In this document: positions 48,750 through 58,055 of the stretch, in pieces | How the letters are laid out: each line of letters starts with the position of its first letter | Position numbering within the stretch: the stretch's first letter is position 1 | Assembly: GCA_903908245.1 (NCBI GenBank) | Contig: CAIVRE010000007.1 | Coordinates: 4,984 to 68,983, forward strand | Length of the DNA: 64,000 nt | From: Candidatus Omnitrophota bacterium | GTDB taxonomy: Bacteria > Omnitrophota > Gorgyraeia > Zapsychrales > Fredricksoniimonadaceae | Direction: 5' to 3' | The notes under the pieces: model-generated | Databases searched by the model: none | Seen by the model: only the letters and a program-made list of their open reading frames with translations | What the model was told of the DNA's origin: nothing | Made by a program: the position numbers and the translations under genes

Positions 48750-49253
48750 ATGCGGGATGTCTTCAAGTTTGTTTTCTGGAGCTCGATTATTATTTTTTCC
48801 GGTGCCTCATTCCTGCATACGGATGTCGGTACCCGGTTCATAGGAAGGTTTTTTCGTTATTCCGGCCTGGCAAAAACGGAAAAGAAGGCTTCCAGTAATC
48901 GTGTTGGTTCCCAGGCTGTCCGGGTGAAGGCATCAGAGTTAAGTGCTGCGGCTAATGAAAAGCTCGAAGCTCTTGGGGATATTCCTTCTCAAGATACAGG
49001 TATTCAATCAGCACGCATGAACAAGGCCGCGGAGGAAATATTTCACAATAAACTTGAGGCGCTTCGGGACAAGCAGGAAAGGTTTCGTGACCGGCAAAAA
49101 GGCGTTTCTGTTGAAAGGGAAGACAACCAGGCTATCGGCGATAAAATAGAAGCTGTAAGGCAGAAGCTTGAGATAGCGCAAGAACAGGCGCAGGCACAGA
49201 GGGAGCGGGCAATGGCCCAAAAAGCCCTGATGGAGGAAAAAGCGGCCCGTTAA
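48750..49253 (+). CDS. hypothetical membrane-anchored coiled-coil protein
   Basis: N-terminal TM helix (FKFVFWSSIIIFSGASFL) then a Q/E/R/A-rich helical region. Starts 12 nt after the repeat-protein stop. Confidence 0.45.
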   Translation: MRDVFKFVFWSSIIIFSGASFLHTDVGTRFIGRFFRYSGLAKTEKKASSNRVGSQAVRVKASELSAAANEKLEALGDIPSQDTGIQSARMNKAAEEIFHNKLEALRDKQERFRDRQKGVSVEREDNQAIGDKIEAVRQKLEIAQEQAQAQRERAMAQKALMEEKAAR

Positions 49254-49274
49254 TCGTATTGTGGGAACTTCGAA

Positions 49275-50798
49275 TTGCCACGACAGCCCATCAGGCTGAC
49301 GGACAGTTCAAAGTTTCTGAATCTTTCGGTGAAAAATTCAGAAAGAAAGCCAAAGGGGAATGCGGTGAAAGCATTAAAAGTGGGTTTGATCGTTTTTGTT
49401 ATTTTCTTGTTTATTGTTCTTGCCGGTGGTTGGATATTTTTAAGTACGCTGGATATCAACCGTTATATCCCTCAAGTGGCTGATGCTGTTGCCAAGGCCA
49501 CTGGCCGTCAGCTTAAGATCGGACACGCCGGGCTCGGGTTTTCTCTTAATAAAGGGGCGGTCCTGGAATTGAATAATGTCAGCTTGTCGGATGACCCGCG
49601 TTTTTCGGGTAAGTCTTTTGTAACGGCCAGCCGGATCGTTCTTTCTCTTGACCTGCGGTCGGCGTTGGTTGAAAAGAGTATTGTTATTTCAGATGTAACT
49701 ATTATAGCTCCCGAGGTAACAGTTATTCGGGCCAAAGACGGCAGTATTAATGCCGCGACCATTGGCGCGCCGGCGTCTTTGCCCGCGTCCTCTTCTGCAA
49801 AGTCTGCGGCTGTTCCATCAGCCATGGCAACAGCCCCGTTGCCGTCATTGCTGGTCAAAAAATTCCAGGTCAATGGCGGGATCATCCATTATTACGACCG
49901 CCTTTTTGATCCGCCGATAATGCTGGATATCGAGAAGGTTTCGCTCGATATTAGGAATTTTGCGTTGAATGCCCCTTTTGATGTTGTATTAAGCGCAGCG
50001 GTATTTTCCGCTGAGCCGAATCTTTCCGTATCTGGCCGTGCCGGTGTCGATATCGTCAGGCTTATGGCGAGGTTGACGGATGTAAAGGCTTCGCTCGTGT
50101 TTGATAAGATGTTGCCCGCACGGTTGAACGAGGCTCTGCCTATGATCAAGCCTGCCGGATTCAGGCAAGCGAAAGGTTCGCTCAATGTTCAGGTGAAAAA
50201 GGCAGTGCTTGATGTTAAAGGTGTGCAGGAATTTGATGCCGAAGCGGTGGTGGACGCCACGGATGCGGTCCTGGAGGGTGTTAACATCTTTGCGGCCGGA
50301 TTAAATAGTATTCCGATGTTCCCTGATCTGGCCAACACAGTGCTTGCAGACCTCCCGCCTGAAACACAAGAAGATATCAGGCGAGGGGTCACGACTGTTG
50401 ATCGCCTGGAGGTGTTGATGTCGGCAGGTCCGGATATGTTAACGGTGAAAAAGGCGGAAATGTCAACACGGGACCTGGCTGTTTCCTGTGATGGCGTGGT
50501 CAGGCTGGCGGGAGATCTGGGGATATCCGCAAAACTTTTTATTGCGCCGAAACTTTCACAAGTGCTGGTGAACAAAGTTCCGGATCTCGGCGGGTTGATG
50601 AAGGAGGATGGCCGTGTTTATATTCCTTTTTCGGTCAGTGGTCCGATGATCAAGCCAAAGGTCATGCCGGATCTTGATTATCTGACAAGGAAATTGTTGC
50701 TTGGACGGGGAAAGCAGGAGCTTGAAAAGGTGCTGGGGGACCCTGCCGTTGGAAAAGCGGTCGGGGAACTCTTTAATACTATTTTTAAGGGTAAATAG
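49275..50798 (+). CDS. AsmA-like family protein (outer-membrane assembly / lipid-transport-like)
   Basis: N-terminal signal-anchor (KALKVGLIVFVIFLFIVLAGGWIF) followed by an extended beta-rich periplasmic domain with AsmA N-terminal-like texture (DINRYIPQVADAVAKATGRQLKIGHAGLGFSL). Start is uncertain: TTG 49275 or GTG 49365. Confidence 0.6.
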   Translation: MPRQPIRLTDSSKFLNLSVKNSERKPKGNAVKALKVGLIVFVIFLFIVLAGGWIFLSTLDINRYIPQVADAVAKATGRQLKIGHAGLGFSLNKGAVLELNNVSLSDDPRFSGKSFVTASRIVLSLDLRSALVEKSIVISDVTIIAPEVTVIRAKDGSINAATIGAPASLPASSSAKSAAVPSAMATAPLPSLLVKKFQVNGGIIHYYDRLFDPPIMLDIEKVSLDIRNFALNAPFDVVLSAAVFSAEPNLSVSGRAGVDIVRLMARLTDVKASLVFDKMLPARLNEALPMIKPAGFRQAKGSLNVQVKKAVLDVKGVQEFDAEAVVDATDAVLEGVNIFAAGLNSIPMFPDLANTVLADLPPETQEDIRRGVTTVDRLEVLMSAGPDMLTVKKAEMSTRDLAVSCDGVVRLAGDLGISAKLFIAPKLSQVLVNKVPDLGGLMKEDGRVYIPFSVSGPMIKPKVMPDLDYLTRKLLLGRGKQELEKVLGDPAVGKAVGELFNTIFKGK

Positions 50799-50825
50799 CT
50801 GTTTTTGTCCGTTTTGTTTTTTTTC

Positions 50826-50854
50826 TTGTCATTGACGGAGAAAGTGGATATACT
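50826..50854 (+). promoter_or_regulatory. putative sigma70 promoter (TTGTCA -17 nt- TATACT) upstream of the third PilZ gene
   Basis: Hexamers at 50826-50831 and 50849-50854, preceded by a T-rich tract after the AsmA-like stop. Confidence 0.4.
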
Positions 50855-50884
50855 AACTCGAATTTCCGTTGGAAAGGTTTTGGA

Positions 50885-51289
50885 ATGATAAAAGATCAAG
50901 GGTTGCGCAGGCATTCTCGGGTTCGCGATGATATTCCCGTCCGCTGGTATGTTGATCAGCTTAGCCTTGAAGGAAAAGGCATTTTAAGGAATATCAGTAT
51001 TTCCGGGGCGATGCTGGAAACAAAGGCCATGATCGCTGTTGAGAACGCCCCTCTTGTTATGCTTAAAGCGCTTGAATCTGGCGAAAGCATATTCGTGCCT
51101 CCGTTGGCCAGAATGGTCTGGGGTAGGATGGCGAGGGCGGGAGGCGGGTATTTTTTTTACGGGCTGGAATTCAAGGATCCTTCCAGCGCATATTTGAATG
51201 CTCTTGCATCGCGCGTGGAAGCCAAATCGAAAAGCGCGCAGTTTGGTTTAGGTTCCGGGATAGCGGATACATCCTGGGATACTCGTTAA
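50885..51289 (+). CDS. PilZ domain protein (third single-domain c-di-GMP receptor in window)
   Basis: RRHSRVRDD (RxxxR) and NISISGAML (NxSxxG). Confidence 0.7.
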   Translation: MIKDQGLRRHSRVRDDIPVRWYVDQLSLEGKGILRNISISGAMLETKAMIAVENAPLVMLKALESGESIFVPPLARMVWGRMARAGGGYFFYGLEFKDPSSAYLNALASRVEAKSKSAQFGLGSGIADTSWDTR

Positions 51290-51322
51290 TGGCGGTATAT
51301 TAAGGAAGATCAAAGGGGCGGT

Positions 51323-52048
51323 ATGTCAGAGAATATGATCAGGAACAATAAATTCAGGATTATTTTGTGGGGTTTGGCTGCGTTGTTATCGATCGTTAGT
51401 TTTCTGATATTTGTTTTCAATTACCGCATCCTGGAAGAGACGGTGGTCTCTTCTGAAAAGACCGCGGTGGTCCAGTCGAAGAATTACCGTTATGTGGCCA
51501 ATGAATATAAAGTGACCAAAGTGGCGCTGGATGATGCGAATCAGAAGCTGGTGGACCTTACCAAGGAACTGGAGCAGGCCAATAATGATCTTACGTTGAC
51601 ACGCAGTGAGCTTTCTTCTGTTCAGCAGGTCAATGACCAGCTGAAGGTCAGTATTGCGGTTCTTGAACGGTATAAAGTCCGGGCAGCCCAGAAGGGTGAG
51701 GGCCTGGAGTCGATGATCTCCGCGTTCAAGAAGAAGAACAAGAAAATGGACCTTGAACTTCAAACCGTGCGCAAAGAACTTGCGGTTTTTGCGCCGGATA
51801 TTTCCGATGAGAGCGAGGGCCGCGCGAAGGTCCAGATGTTCAAACAGCATATTCGCATGGTCAAGAAGAATATCAGTATCATTCGTCAGGCCGCGTATGA
51901 AGCTCGCGTGGCTGCACAGCAGGAGCATGACAGGCTGGAAGCGGCGTATGGTAATGGCGGGTTCATGGTCAAGAATGGCCAGGACAAATCGGTGACGACA
52001 TACGGTCAGAAGCGGCTGGACCTGGATGTCCGTTTTATAAATAAATAG
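51323..52048 (+). CDS. hypothetical membrane-anchored coiled-coil protein
   Basis: TM helix (FRIILWGLAALLSIVSFLIFVF) then heptad-rich sequence. 241 aa. Confidence 0.5.
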   Translation: MSENMIRNNKFRIILWGLAALLSIVSFLIFVFNYRILEETVVSSEKTAVVQSKNYRYVANEYKVTKVALDDANQKLVDLTKELEQANNDLTLTRSELSSVQQVNDQLKVSIAVLERYKVRAAQKGEGLESMISAFKKKNKKMDLELQTVRKELAVFAPDISDESEGRAKVQMFKQHIRMVKKNISIIRQAAYEARVAAQQEHDRLEAAYGNGGFMVKNGQDKSVTTYGQKRLDLDVRFINK

Positions 52049-52072
52049 ATCAGCGGGCAGGCCGGTATCTTT

Positions 52073-52124
52073 AATCCCTATTCTTCAGATCCCGACCGGG
52101 CTCTGTGAATAGGGATTCATTTTG
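52073..52124 (+). terminator. putative terminator hairpin (AATCCCTATTC ... GAATAGGGATT) followed by a T-rich tract
   Basis: 11-bp perfect stem with an inner CCCG/CGGG hairpin in the loop, then CATTTTG. Confidence 0.4.
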
Positions 52125-52148
52125 AAAAGGATTGTTCATAAGGGTTGA

Positions 52149-52370
52149 ATGACGCTGAATATCAGGGTTTTCCCGGGAGCGAGAAAAGATCTTTTCAAGG
52201 ATGAAGGCGGCCTGGTTAAAGTCTACCTCACGGCCCCTCCGCTTGACGGACGCGCCAATGAAGCGCTGGTCAAATTCCTCGGCCGTCATTTTGATGTGCG
52301 GATTTCTTCAATAGAGATAATAAAGGGATTGAAATCAAGAAATAAAGTCATTAATATAAAGGATTTATAG
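52149..52370 (+). CDS. DUF167 (YggU/UPF0235) family protein
   Basis: LNIRVFPGARKDLFKDEGGLVKVYLTAPPLDGRANEALVKFLGRHFDV is the canonical DUF167 pattern. Confidence 0.75.
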   Translation: MTLNIRVFPGARKDLFKDEGGLVKVYLTAPPLDGRANEALVKFLGRHFDVRISSIEIIKGLKSRNKVINIKDL

Positions 52371-52395
52371 GCTGGGGTTTGTAATAAAAAGGGAG

Positions 52396-52851
52396 ATGTG
52401 TATGTTGGAAGAGAGGATCAATAAAGACTATATCGAGGCCATGAAGGCGAGGGATCAGGTACGGTCCGCGGCATTGAGTTATTTGCGTGCGATGATCAAG
52501 CAGGTCAAGGTGGACAGCCGCCTTGAATCCCTGGATGATGCCGGCGTCATTGTGGTCATAAAAAAGCAGATCAAGCAGCGTCAGGATTCTATCGAGCAGT
52601 TTGAGAAAGGCGCCCGGGCAGACCTGGCGGCCAAGGAGAAATTCGAGATCGATCTGATGAAGGCGTACCTGCCACAGGAAATGAGCGAGGCGGAATTAAA
52701 GTCCGTTGTTGCGTTGGCGGTTGTTGAGTCGGGGGCTGTTTCCGTGAAGGATATGGGGAATGTGATCAAGCTGGTCCGTGAAAAAGTGGTAGGCCGCGCG
52801 GACGGAAAGCTGGTGAGTGATCTGGTCAGGGAGAAGTTATCCGCACTTTAG
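52396..52851 (+). CDS. GatB/YqeY domain-containing protein
   Basis: INKDYIEAMKARDQVRSAALSYLRAMIKQ...SVKDMGNVIKLV is YqeY-like. Confidence 0.8.
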   Translation: MCMLEERINKDYIEAMKARDQVRSAALSYLRAMIKQVKVDSRLESLDDAGVIVVIKKQIKQRQDSIEQFEKGARADLAAKEKFEIDLMKAYLPQEMSEAELKSVVALAVVESGAVSVKDMGNVIKLVREKVVGRADGKLVSDLVREKLSAL

Positions 52852-52859
52852 GCCCCCGC

Positions 52860-53657
52860 ATGTTAAAGGATATCCGGTTTTGGGCGGGGTCTGCTTTTGC
52901 AGTGGCGGTCATTTTCCTGGCGTGCTGGCTGCCGGGGAAGTTTGTGGTCCCGGTGCTGATGTACCATAGTATTGGCATTGCCGGGACAGAGCGTGATCGC
53001 GCCAATACGGTCAGCCCAGGATCGTTCGACCGCCAGATGCGTTTCATTAAAGAGAGCGGGTATCGGGTATTAACGGTAGATGAGTACGTGGAGATCACGC
53101 GTTCCGGGGGCAGGTTCCCGCCCAAGAGCGTGGTCATTACTTTTGACGACGGGCTTCTGGATAATTTTACCAATGCCTATCCTGTATTGATCAAATACGG
53201 GATCCCGTCCGCAATGTTCGTGCCGTCTGCGTATGTGGGCCAGGTTAACAGCGGGTGGGGTCAGCCGCAGATGAGCTGGGATCAGCTTCGCGCCATAAGC
53301 GCGCATGGAGTTACCGTCGGGAGCCATACGTCGACGCACCGGTATCTTCCGGAAATAAGCCCTGATGCGGCGCGTGGGCAGATCGTTGACAGTAAGGCTG
53401 TGTTGGAGGGCAAGCTTGGCCGCAGGGTTGATTATTTTGCGTATCCTTCAGGCGGTTTTAGCGAAGGGATCAAGGCCATGGTCCGTGAGGCAGGGTATAA
53501 AGCGGCTTTTACCACGAACCGCGGGGAAGATCGTTCGAACCGGGACCTTTATGAATTAAAGCGGATCCGGCCCAAAGATACGGATGGCAGCATTGTTTTA
53601 TGGATGAAGTTATCCGGGTATTATAATTTGATACGTGATGCCCAGAATCCTTATTAA
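52860..53657 (+). CDS. polysaccharide deacetylase (NodB homology domain, CE4)
   Basis: VVITFDDGLLDNFTNAYPVLIKYGIPSAMFV carries the TFDDG motif, and the HTSTH His-box lies downstream. Confidence 0.85.
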   Translation: MLKDIRFWAGSAFAVAVIFLACWLPGKFVVPVLMYHSIGIAGTERDRANTVSPGSFDRQMRFIKESGYRVLTVDEYVEITRSGGRFPPKSVVITFDDGLLDNFTNAYPVLIKYGIPSAMFVPSAYVGQVNSGWGQPQMSWDQLRAISAHGVTVGSHTSTHRYLPEISPDAARGQIVDSKAVLEGKLGRRVDYFAYPSGGFSEGIKAMVREAGYKAAFTTNRGEDRSNRDLYELKRIRPKDTDGSIVLWMKLSGYYNLIRDAQNPY

Positions 53658-53684
53658 GTTTTAATATTTGAAAAGGAAGCCGCA

Positions 53685-56600
53685 ATGACAGGGAAAGAAC
53701 AATACGTTTTGCAGGATGACGGCAGTTTTGTTATCAGGGATTATCATCAGACGAAACCGTTCTCCAATTTCTTTCCCGGGATCGCGGGTGTATGGGGCAC
53801 GCCGATGTGGGTGTTCACGGCCAATCGCGGCCAGGGTATCGCCAGTTTTGGCATTGAATCTAAAGATAAGGCGATCCTGGAGTTTCAGCCTGCGAATAAG
53901 GCCTATCAATTGACCGCCACGCATGGGTTCCGGACTTTTTTGAAAGTGGAAAAGAAAGGCAAAAATTTCTTTTACGAGCCTTTTCGTTCACCGGAAATCC
54001 AGGCATACAAGGTCGCGCAGCGTATGATCATTTCCTCGCATGATCTCACGATCGAAGAGGTCAATACGACGCTTGGCCTTAAGGTTGCGGTGAATTATTT
54101 TACGATCCCCGAGGAGCCATTTGCCGGATTGGTCCGCCGGGTGAAAGTCGAGAGCATTTCAAAGGCGCGGGTTGCGGTCCAGATGATCGATGGGCTTCCG
54201 GCCATCATTCCTTTCGGCCAGAACGACTGGGTCATGAAGAACATGTGCCGTACGATCGAAGCCTGGTACAAGGTCCGTAATTTGAACAAGCATGCTCCCT
54301 ATTTCCAGCTGGATGTGGAGTCCGCGGATACTCCGCAGACGAAGCATATCAAAGAGGGGAATTTTTATTTTTCTTTTGATCCTGCCGCGCGGCCGGGTTC
54401 ATTGCTTGACCCGGTGGTGGAACCATCTCTGGTCTTTGGCCAGGCCTCAGACCTGATCTTTCCGGCCAGATTCATCGCCGAGAAGGACTTCTGTTTGCCT
54501 TCCGTTCAACAGACCGATAATCGTACGCCGAGCGCGATGACGTTGGTCAAGTTCACCCTAGGGCCTGGTGCGGCCAAAGAGATCGTGAGCGTGACGGGTT
54601 TTGCCCGCAGCCTGGCAGAGCTTAACGGGAATGTCCGGAAGGTTACAGCCAAAGGGTTCATTGCGGCCAAAGCGCAGCGCAACCGGCTTATCGTGGAAGA
54701 GATCAAGTCAAAGTCTTTTACGCAGAGCGCGTATCCCCGGTTCAACGCTTATGCCGGCCAGACTTTCCTGGATAATGTCATGCGCGGGGGGCTTCCTATT
54801 TCACTGAAAACGAGTGAAGGCCCGGCGGTATTCAATGTTTACAGCCGCAAGCATGGGGATCCCGAGCGCGATTATAATTCGTTCCGCCTTTCTCCGACAT
54901 TCCTTTCCCAGGGTAACGGGAATTACCGTGATGTTAACCAGAACCGCCGTAATGATGTGTGGTTCAACAGCGACCTTAAAGAGAGCGCTGTTGTGAATTT
55001 CTTTAGCCTGTCCCAGGCGGATGGGTATAATCCGCTGGTGGTCTGCGGAATGGCGTTCACGGCGGATGACGGACAGAAACTTGAGGAACTTTTAACCCGT
55101 GCGGTCAAGCGTGGTGATACAGTTGCGCTTAGGGCCTTTCTCAAGAAGGGCTTTATGCCCGGAGATCTTTTTATATTCCTTGCGGAACATGGCATTGGGC
55201 TCAAGGGTTCGCCCAGGGACTTTCTGACCGCCTTGCTTGGAGTTTGTCAAAAATTCGAGACCGCGCAGCACGGAGAAGGGTTCTGGGTCGATCACTGGAC
55301 GTACAATATTGACCTGGTGGAAAGCTATCTTTCCCTTTATCCGGAGGACCTGCGCCGGCTGTTCCTGGAGAACCAGGAGTTTTCTTTTTATCATAATACG
55401 GTGTATGTCCGTCCGCGTGATGAGCGTTATGTGCTGACCTCCCGCGGTGTGCGCCAGTATGATTCGCTGCATGAGGGGAAAGAAGACAAAGACCGCGGAC
55501 ACCGGTTGCGTATCCGCCATGGCCAGGGGGATGTTTACCGGACGAGTCTGCTTGTCAAGATGTTGTGCCTTATTGTTAATAAAGCGGCAACTCTTGATCC
55601 GAGCGGGATCGGGATGGACATGGAAGCGAACAAGCCCGGCTGGTACGATTCGCTGAATGGCCTGCCGGGGCTTCTGGGGTCTTCGATCGCCGAGACATTT
55701 GAGCTCAAGCGTTATGCCCTTTTTGCGCTGGATGCTTTTGACCGGCTTGCCTTGAACGGGAGCGAGGCTGTTTCCGTCTTTGAGGAATTGGCGTTGTTCC
55801 TTGAAGAATTAAAGGCGATCCTGGGTCAGGACCGTACGGATATTGATTACTGGAAGAAAGCCAATACGATCAAGGAAGAATATCGCGCAAAGATCCGTGA
55901 AGGCATCAGCGGTGTTGAAAAAGGGCTGACGGTTTGCGATGTCCGCAGTTTTCTTGAAGCGGTGGTGAGTAAAGTCGATGCCGGGATCAGGAAAGCCCGC
56001 CGTGTGGACGGGTTATTCCCGACGTATCTTTATCATAAGGTTATCAGGCATGAGCCTGTTGATGGCGTGTCGGTGGGAAAAGAAGGGCCGCATGTCCGTC
56101 CGATCTCTTTCGAGCGCCATGATATGCCTCTTTTTCTGGAGGGTTTTGTGCATGCCCTGCGTTGTGACCCGGACCCGGGCAGGGCGCTGGTACTGCATCA
56201 AAGGGTTAAGAAGAGCGCCCTTTACGACAAAGAGCTGGAAATGTACAAGCTCAATGCGGATATTACGGGCGAGACCCAGGAGATCGGGCGGACCCGCGTA
56301 TTTCCCCGGGGTTGGCTGGAGAATGAGTCGGTCTGGCTGCATATGGAATATAAGTATCTTCTCGAGCTGTTGCGCCGCGGGTTGTATGAAGAATTTTATA
56401 AGGCAATGGATACCTGCTGCGTTGCGTTCATGCCGCCGGAGCGTTATGGCCGCAGTATCCTTGAGAATTCATCGTTCATTGTTTCCAGCGCGCATTCAGA
56501 CAGGTCTCTTCATGGCCAGGGGTATGTGGCACGCCTGTCCGGAAGTACGGCAGAATTCGTCCATATGTGGATGTATATGAACGCGGGGGCTGCTCCGTTT

Positions 56601-56951
56601 GGCATGAATTCGGATAATGAGATCGAACTTGCGTTGCGTCCAGCGCTTCCGGGAAGGTTTTTCACCAAAGAGGCTTCATCCGCCAAAGTTGTCTTGGATG
56701 GCAAGATTCTTGAGCTTTCTTTCCCGGCAGGGATTTACGCGTTTATGTTCATGGGCCGGACCCTGGTGGTCTATCATAATCCAAAGCGCAAGGATACGTT
56801 CGGTGTCGGGAAGGCGCAGTCGGTGAAAGTGGTTATCCGGTATTCGGCCAGGAAGAGAACGGTCACACTTAACGGCGCGGTCATTCCATCACCTTTGGCC
56901 GGCCATGTGCGCGAAGGCAAGGTCGCCCGCATCGATATTTATATGGAGTAG
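53685..56951 (+). CDS. large (1088 aa) uncharacterised protein, possibly (alpha/alpha)6-barrel glycoside hydrolase/phosphorylase-like
   Basis: Long clean ORF adjacent to a CE4 deacetylase, with Trp/Asp-rich blocks (EGFWVDHWTYNIDLVESYL; NKPGWYDSLNGLPG). No family confidently recognised. Confidence 0.7.
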   Translation: MTGKEQYVLQDDGSFVIRDYHQTKPFSNFFPGIAGVWGTPMWVFTANRGQGIASFGIESKDKAILEFQPANKAYQLTATHGFRTFLKVEKKGKNFFYEPFRSPEIQAYKVAQRMIISSHDLTIEEVNTTLGLKVAVNYFTIPEEPFAGLVRRVKVESISKARVAVQMIDGLPAIIPFGQNDWVMKNMCRTIEAWYKVRNLNKHAPYFQLDVESADTPQTKHIKEGNFYFSFDPAARPGSLLDPVVEPSLVFGQASDLIFPARFIAEKDFCLPSVQQTDNRTPSAMTLVKFTLGPGAAKEIVSVTGFARSLAELNGNVRKVTAKGFIAAKAQRNRLIVEEIKSKSFTQSAYPRFNAYAGQTFLDNVMRGGLPISLKTSEGPAVFNVYSRKHGDPERDYNSFRLSPTFLSQGNGNYRDVNQNRRNDVWFNSDLKESAVVNFFSLSQADGYNPLVVCGMAFTADDGQKLEELLTRAVKRGDTVALRAFLKKGFMPGDLFIFLAEHGIGLKGSPRDFLTALLGVCQKFETAQHGEGFWVDHWTYNIDLVESYLSLYPEDLRRLFLENQEFSFYHNTVYVRPRDERYVLTSRGVRQYDSLHEGKEDKDRGHRLRIRHGQGDVYRTSLLVKMLCLIVNKAATLDPSGIGMDMEANKPGWYDSLNGLPGLLGSSIAETFELKRYALFALDAFDRLALNGSEAVSVFEELALFLEELKAILGQDRTDIDYWKKANTIKEEYRAKIREGISGVEKGLTVCDVRSFLEAVVSKVDAGIRKARRVDGLFPTYLYHKVIRHEPVDGVSVGKEGPHVRPISFERHDMPLFLEGFVHALRCDPDPGRALVLHQRVKKSALYDKELEMYKLNADITGETQEIGRTRVFPRGWLENESVWLHMEYKYLLELLRRGLYEEFYKAMDTCCVAFMPPERYGRSILENSSFIVSSAHSDRSLHGQGYVARLSGSTAEFVHMWMYMNAGAAPFGMNSDNEIELALRPALPGRFFTKEASSAKVVLDGKILELSFPAGIYAFMFMGRTLVVYHNPKRKDTFGVGKAQSVKVVIRYSARKRTVTLNGAVIPSPLAGHVREGKVARIDIYME

Positions 56952-56954
56952 TCA

Positions 56955-58043
56955 ATGGCGCATCGCACACCCCTGTATCAGCATCATGTTTCATTAGGAG
57001 CTAAGGTCGTTGAGTTCGGCGGTTGGGATATGCCTTTACAATATCCTGACGGCATTCTTAAGGAGCATGAGGCTAATCGCAAGGGCTGTTCTGTTTTTGA
57101 CTGTTCGCATATGGGGGAGTTTATTATTGATGGTGCGGCTGATGTCACAGGCCTGGACCGCATTGTGACCCAGTCGCTCAATGATCAGCCGGTGGGAAGC
57201 TGTCGTTATGGGTTTGCGTTAAACGAGCGTGGTGGAACGATCGACGATCTTATTGTTTACCGCCTGGCGGACAAGAAGTGGATGGTGGTCGTTAATGCCG
57301 CGAACATTGAGAAAGATGCCGCCCATTTTCGCGCGAATTTAAAGGGTCTTTCCGTTTTTAGCGATGTGTCTTTTTCCACTGCGAAGCTTGATGTCCAGGG
57401 CCCGTTGTCCCGGGAGGTATTAATGCCTTTGGTCAAGGGGATCGAAAGGCTGACGCATTATACTTTCGGCGAGTTTGATGTTCTGGGGGAGAAAGTGATC
57501 GTGAGCCGTACGGGTTATACCGGCGAGCTTGGATACGAGATCTATTATCCCTGGTCCAGGGCGTCCCGTCTGTGGGAAGCGGTCCTGTCAGACAGGCGTG
57601 TCAAACCCACAGGGCTTGGCGTGCGGGATGTTCTTCGGGTGGAGGTGTGTTATCCTCTTTATGGCCATGAGCTCAGCGAGGATATTTCTCCTGTGCAGGC
57701 GGGCCTTAGGCGATTTGTTGACGGAACGAAAGATTTTCTTGGCCGTGCGGCGTTGATGGAGGAAGAAAAGGGCGGGCCGGTGCAGAAATTGGTTTGTTTT
57801 CTTTCCAAAAGCCGGCGTGCGCCGCGTCAGGGGCATTTTCTTTATACCGCGGATGATGTCCAGTCGGGCGTTATCGCGAGCGGGACATTTTCGCCTGCGC
57901 TTGGGGTGGGCATCGGGATGGGATTTTTAAAAAAAGAGTTTACGAGCAATGCCAAAGAGATTATATTTGGTGATACAAAATTCAGGGAGCGTGCGGAGCT
58001 TGGTTCCCGCCCCTTTTATAAAGAAGGAACATTGAAAAATTAG
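56955..58043 (+). CDS. gcvT: glycine cleavage system aminomethyltransferase T
   Basis: PLYQHHVSLGAKVVEFGGWDMPLQY...FDCSHMGEF...RTGYTGELGYEIY. Confidence 0.9.
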   Translation: MAHRTPLYQHHVSLGAKVVEFGGWDMPLQYPDGILKEHEANRKGCSVFDCSHMGEFIIDGAADVTGLDRIVTQSLNDQPVGSCRYGFALNERGGTIDDLIVYRLADKKWMVVVNAANIEKDAAHFRANLKGLSVFSDVSFSTAKLDVQGPLSREVLMPLVKGIERLTHYTFGEFDVLGEKVIVSRTGYTGELGYEIYYPWSRASRLWEAVLSDRRVKPTGLGVRDVLRVEVCYPLYGHELSEDISPVQAGLRRFVDGTKDFLGRAALMEEEKGGPVQKLVCFLSKSRRAPRQGHFLYTADDVQSGVIASGTFSPALGVGIGMGFLKKEFTSNAKEIIFGDTKFRERAELGSRPFYKEGTLKN

Positions 58044-58055
58044 TTAGAGGACTCC

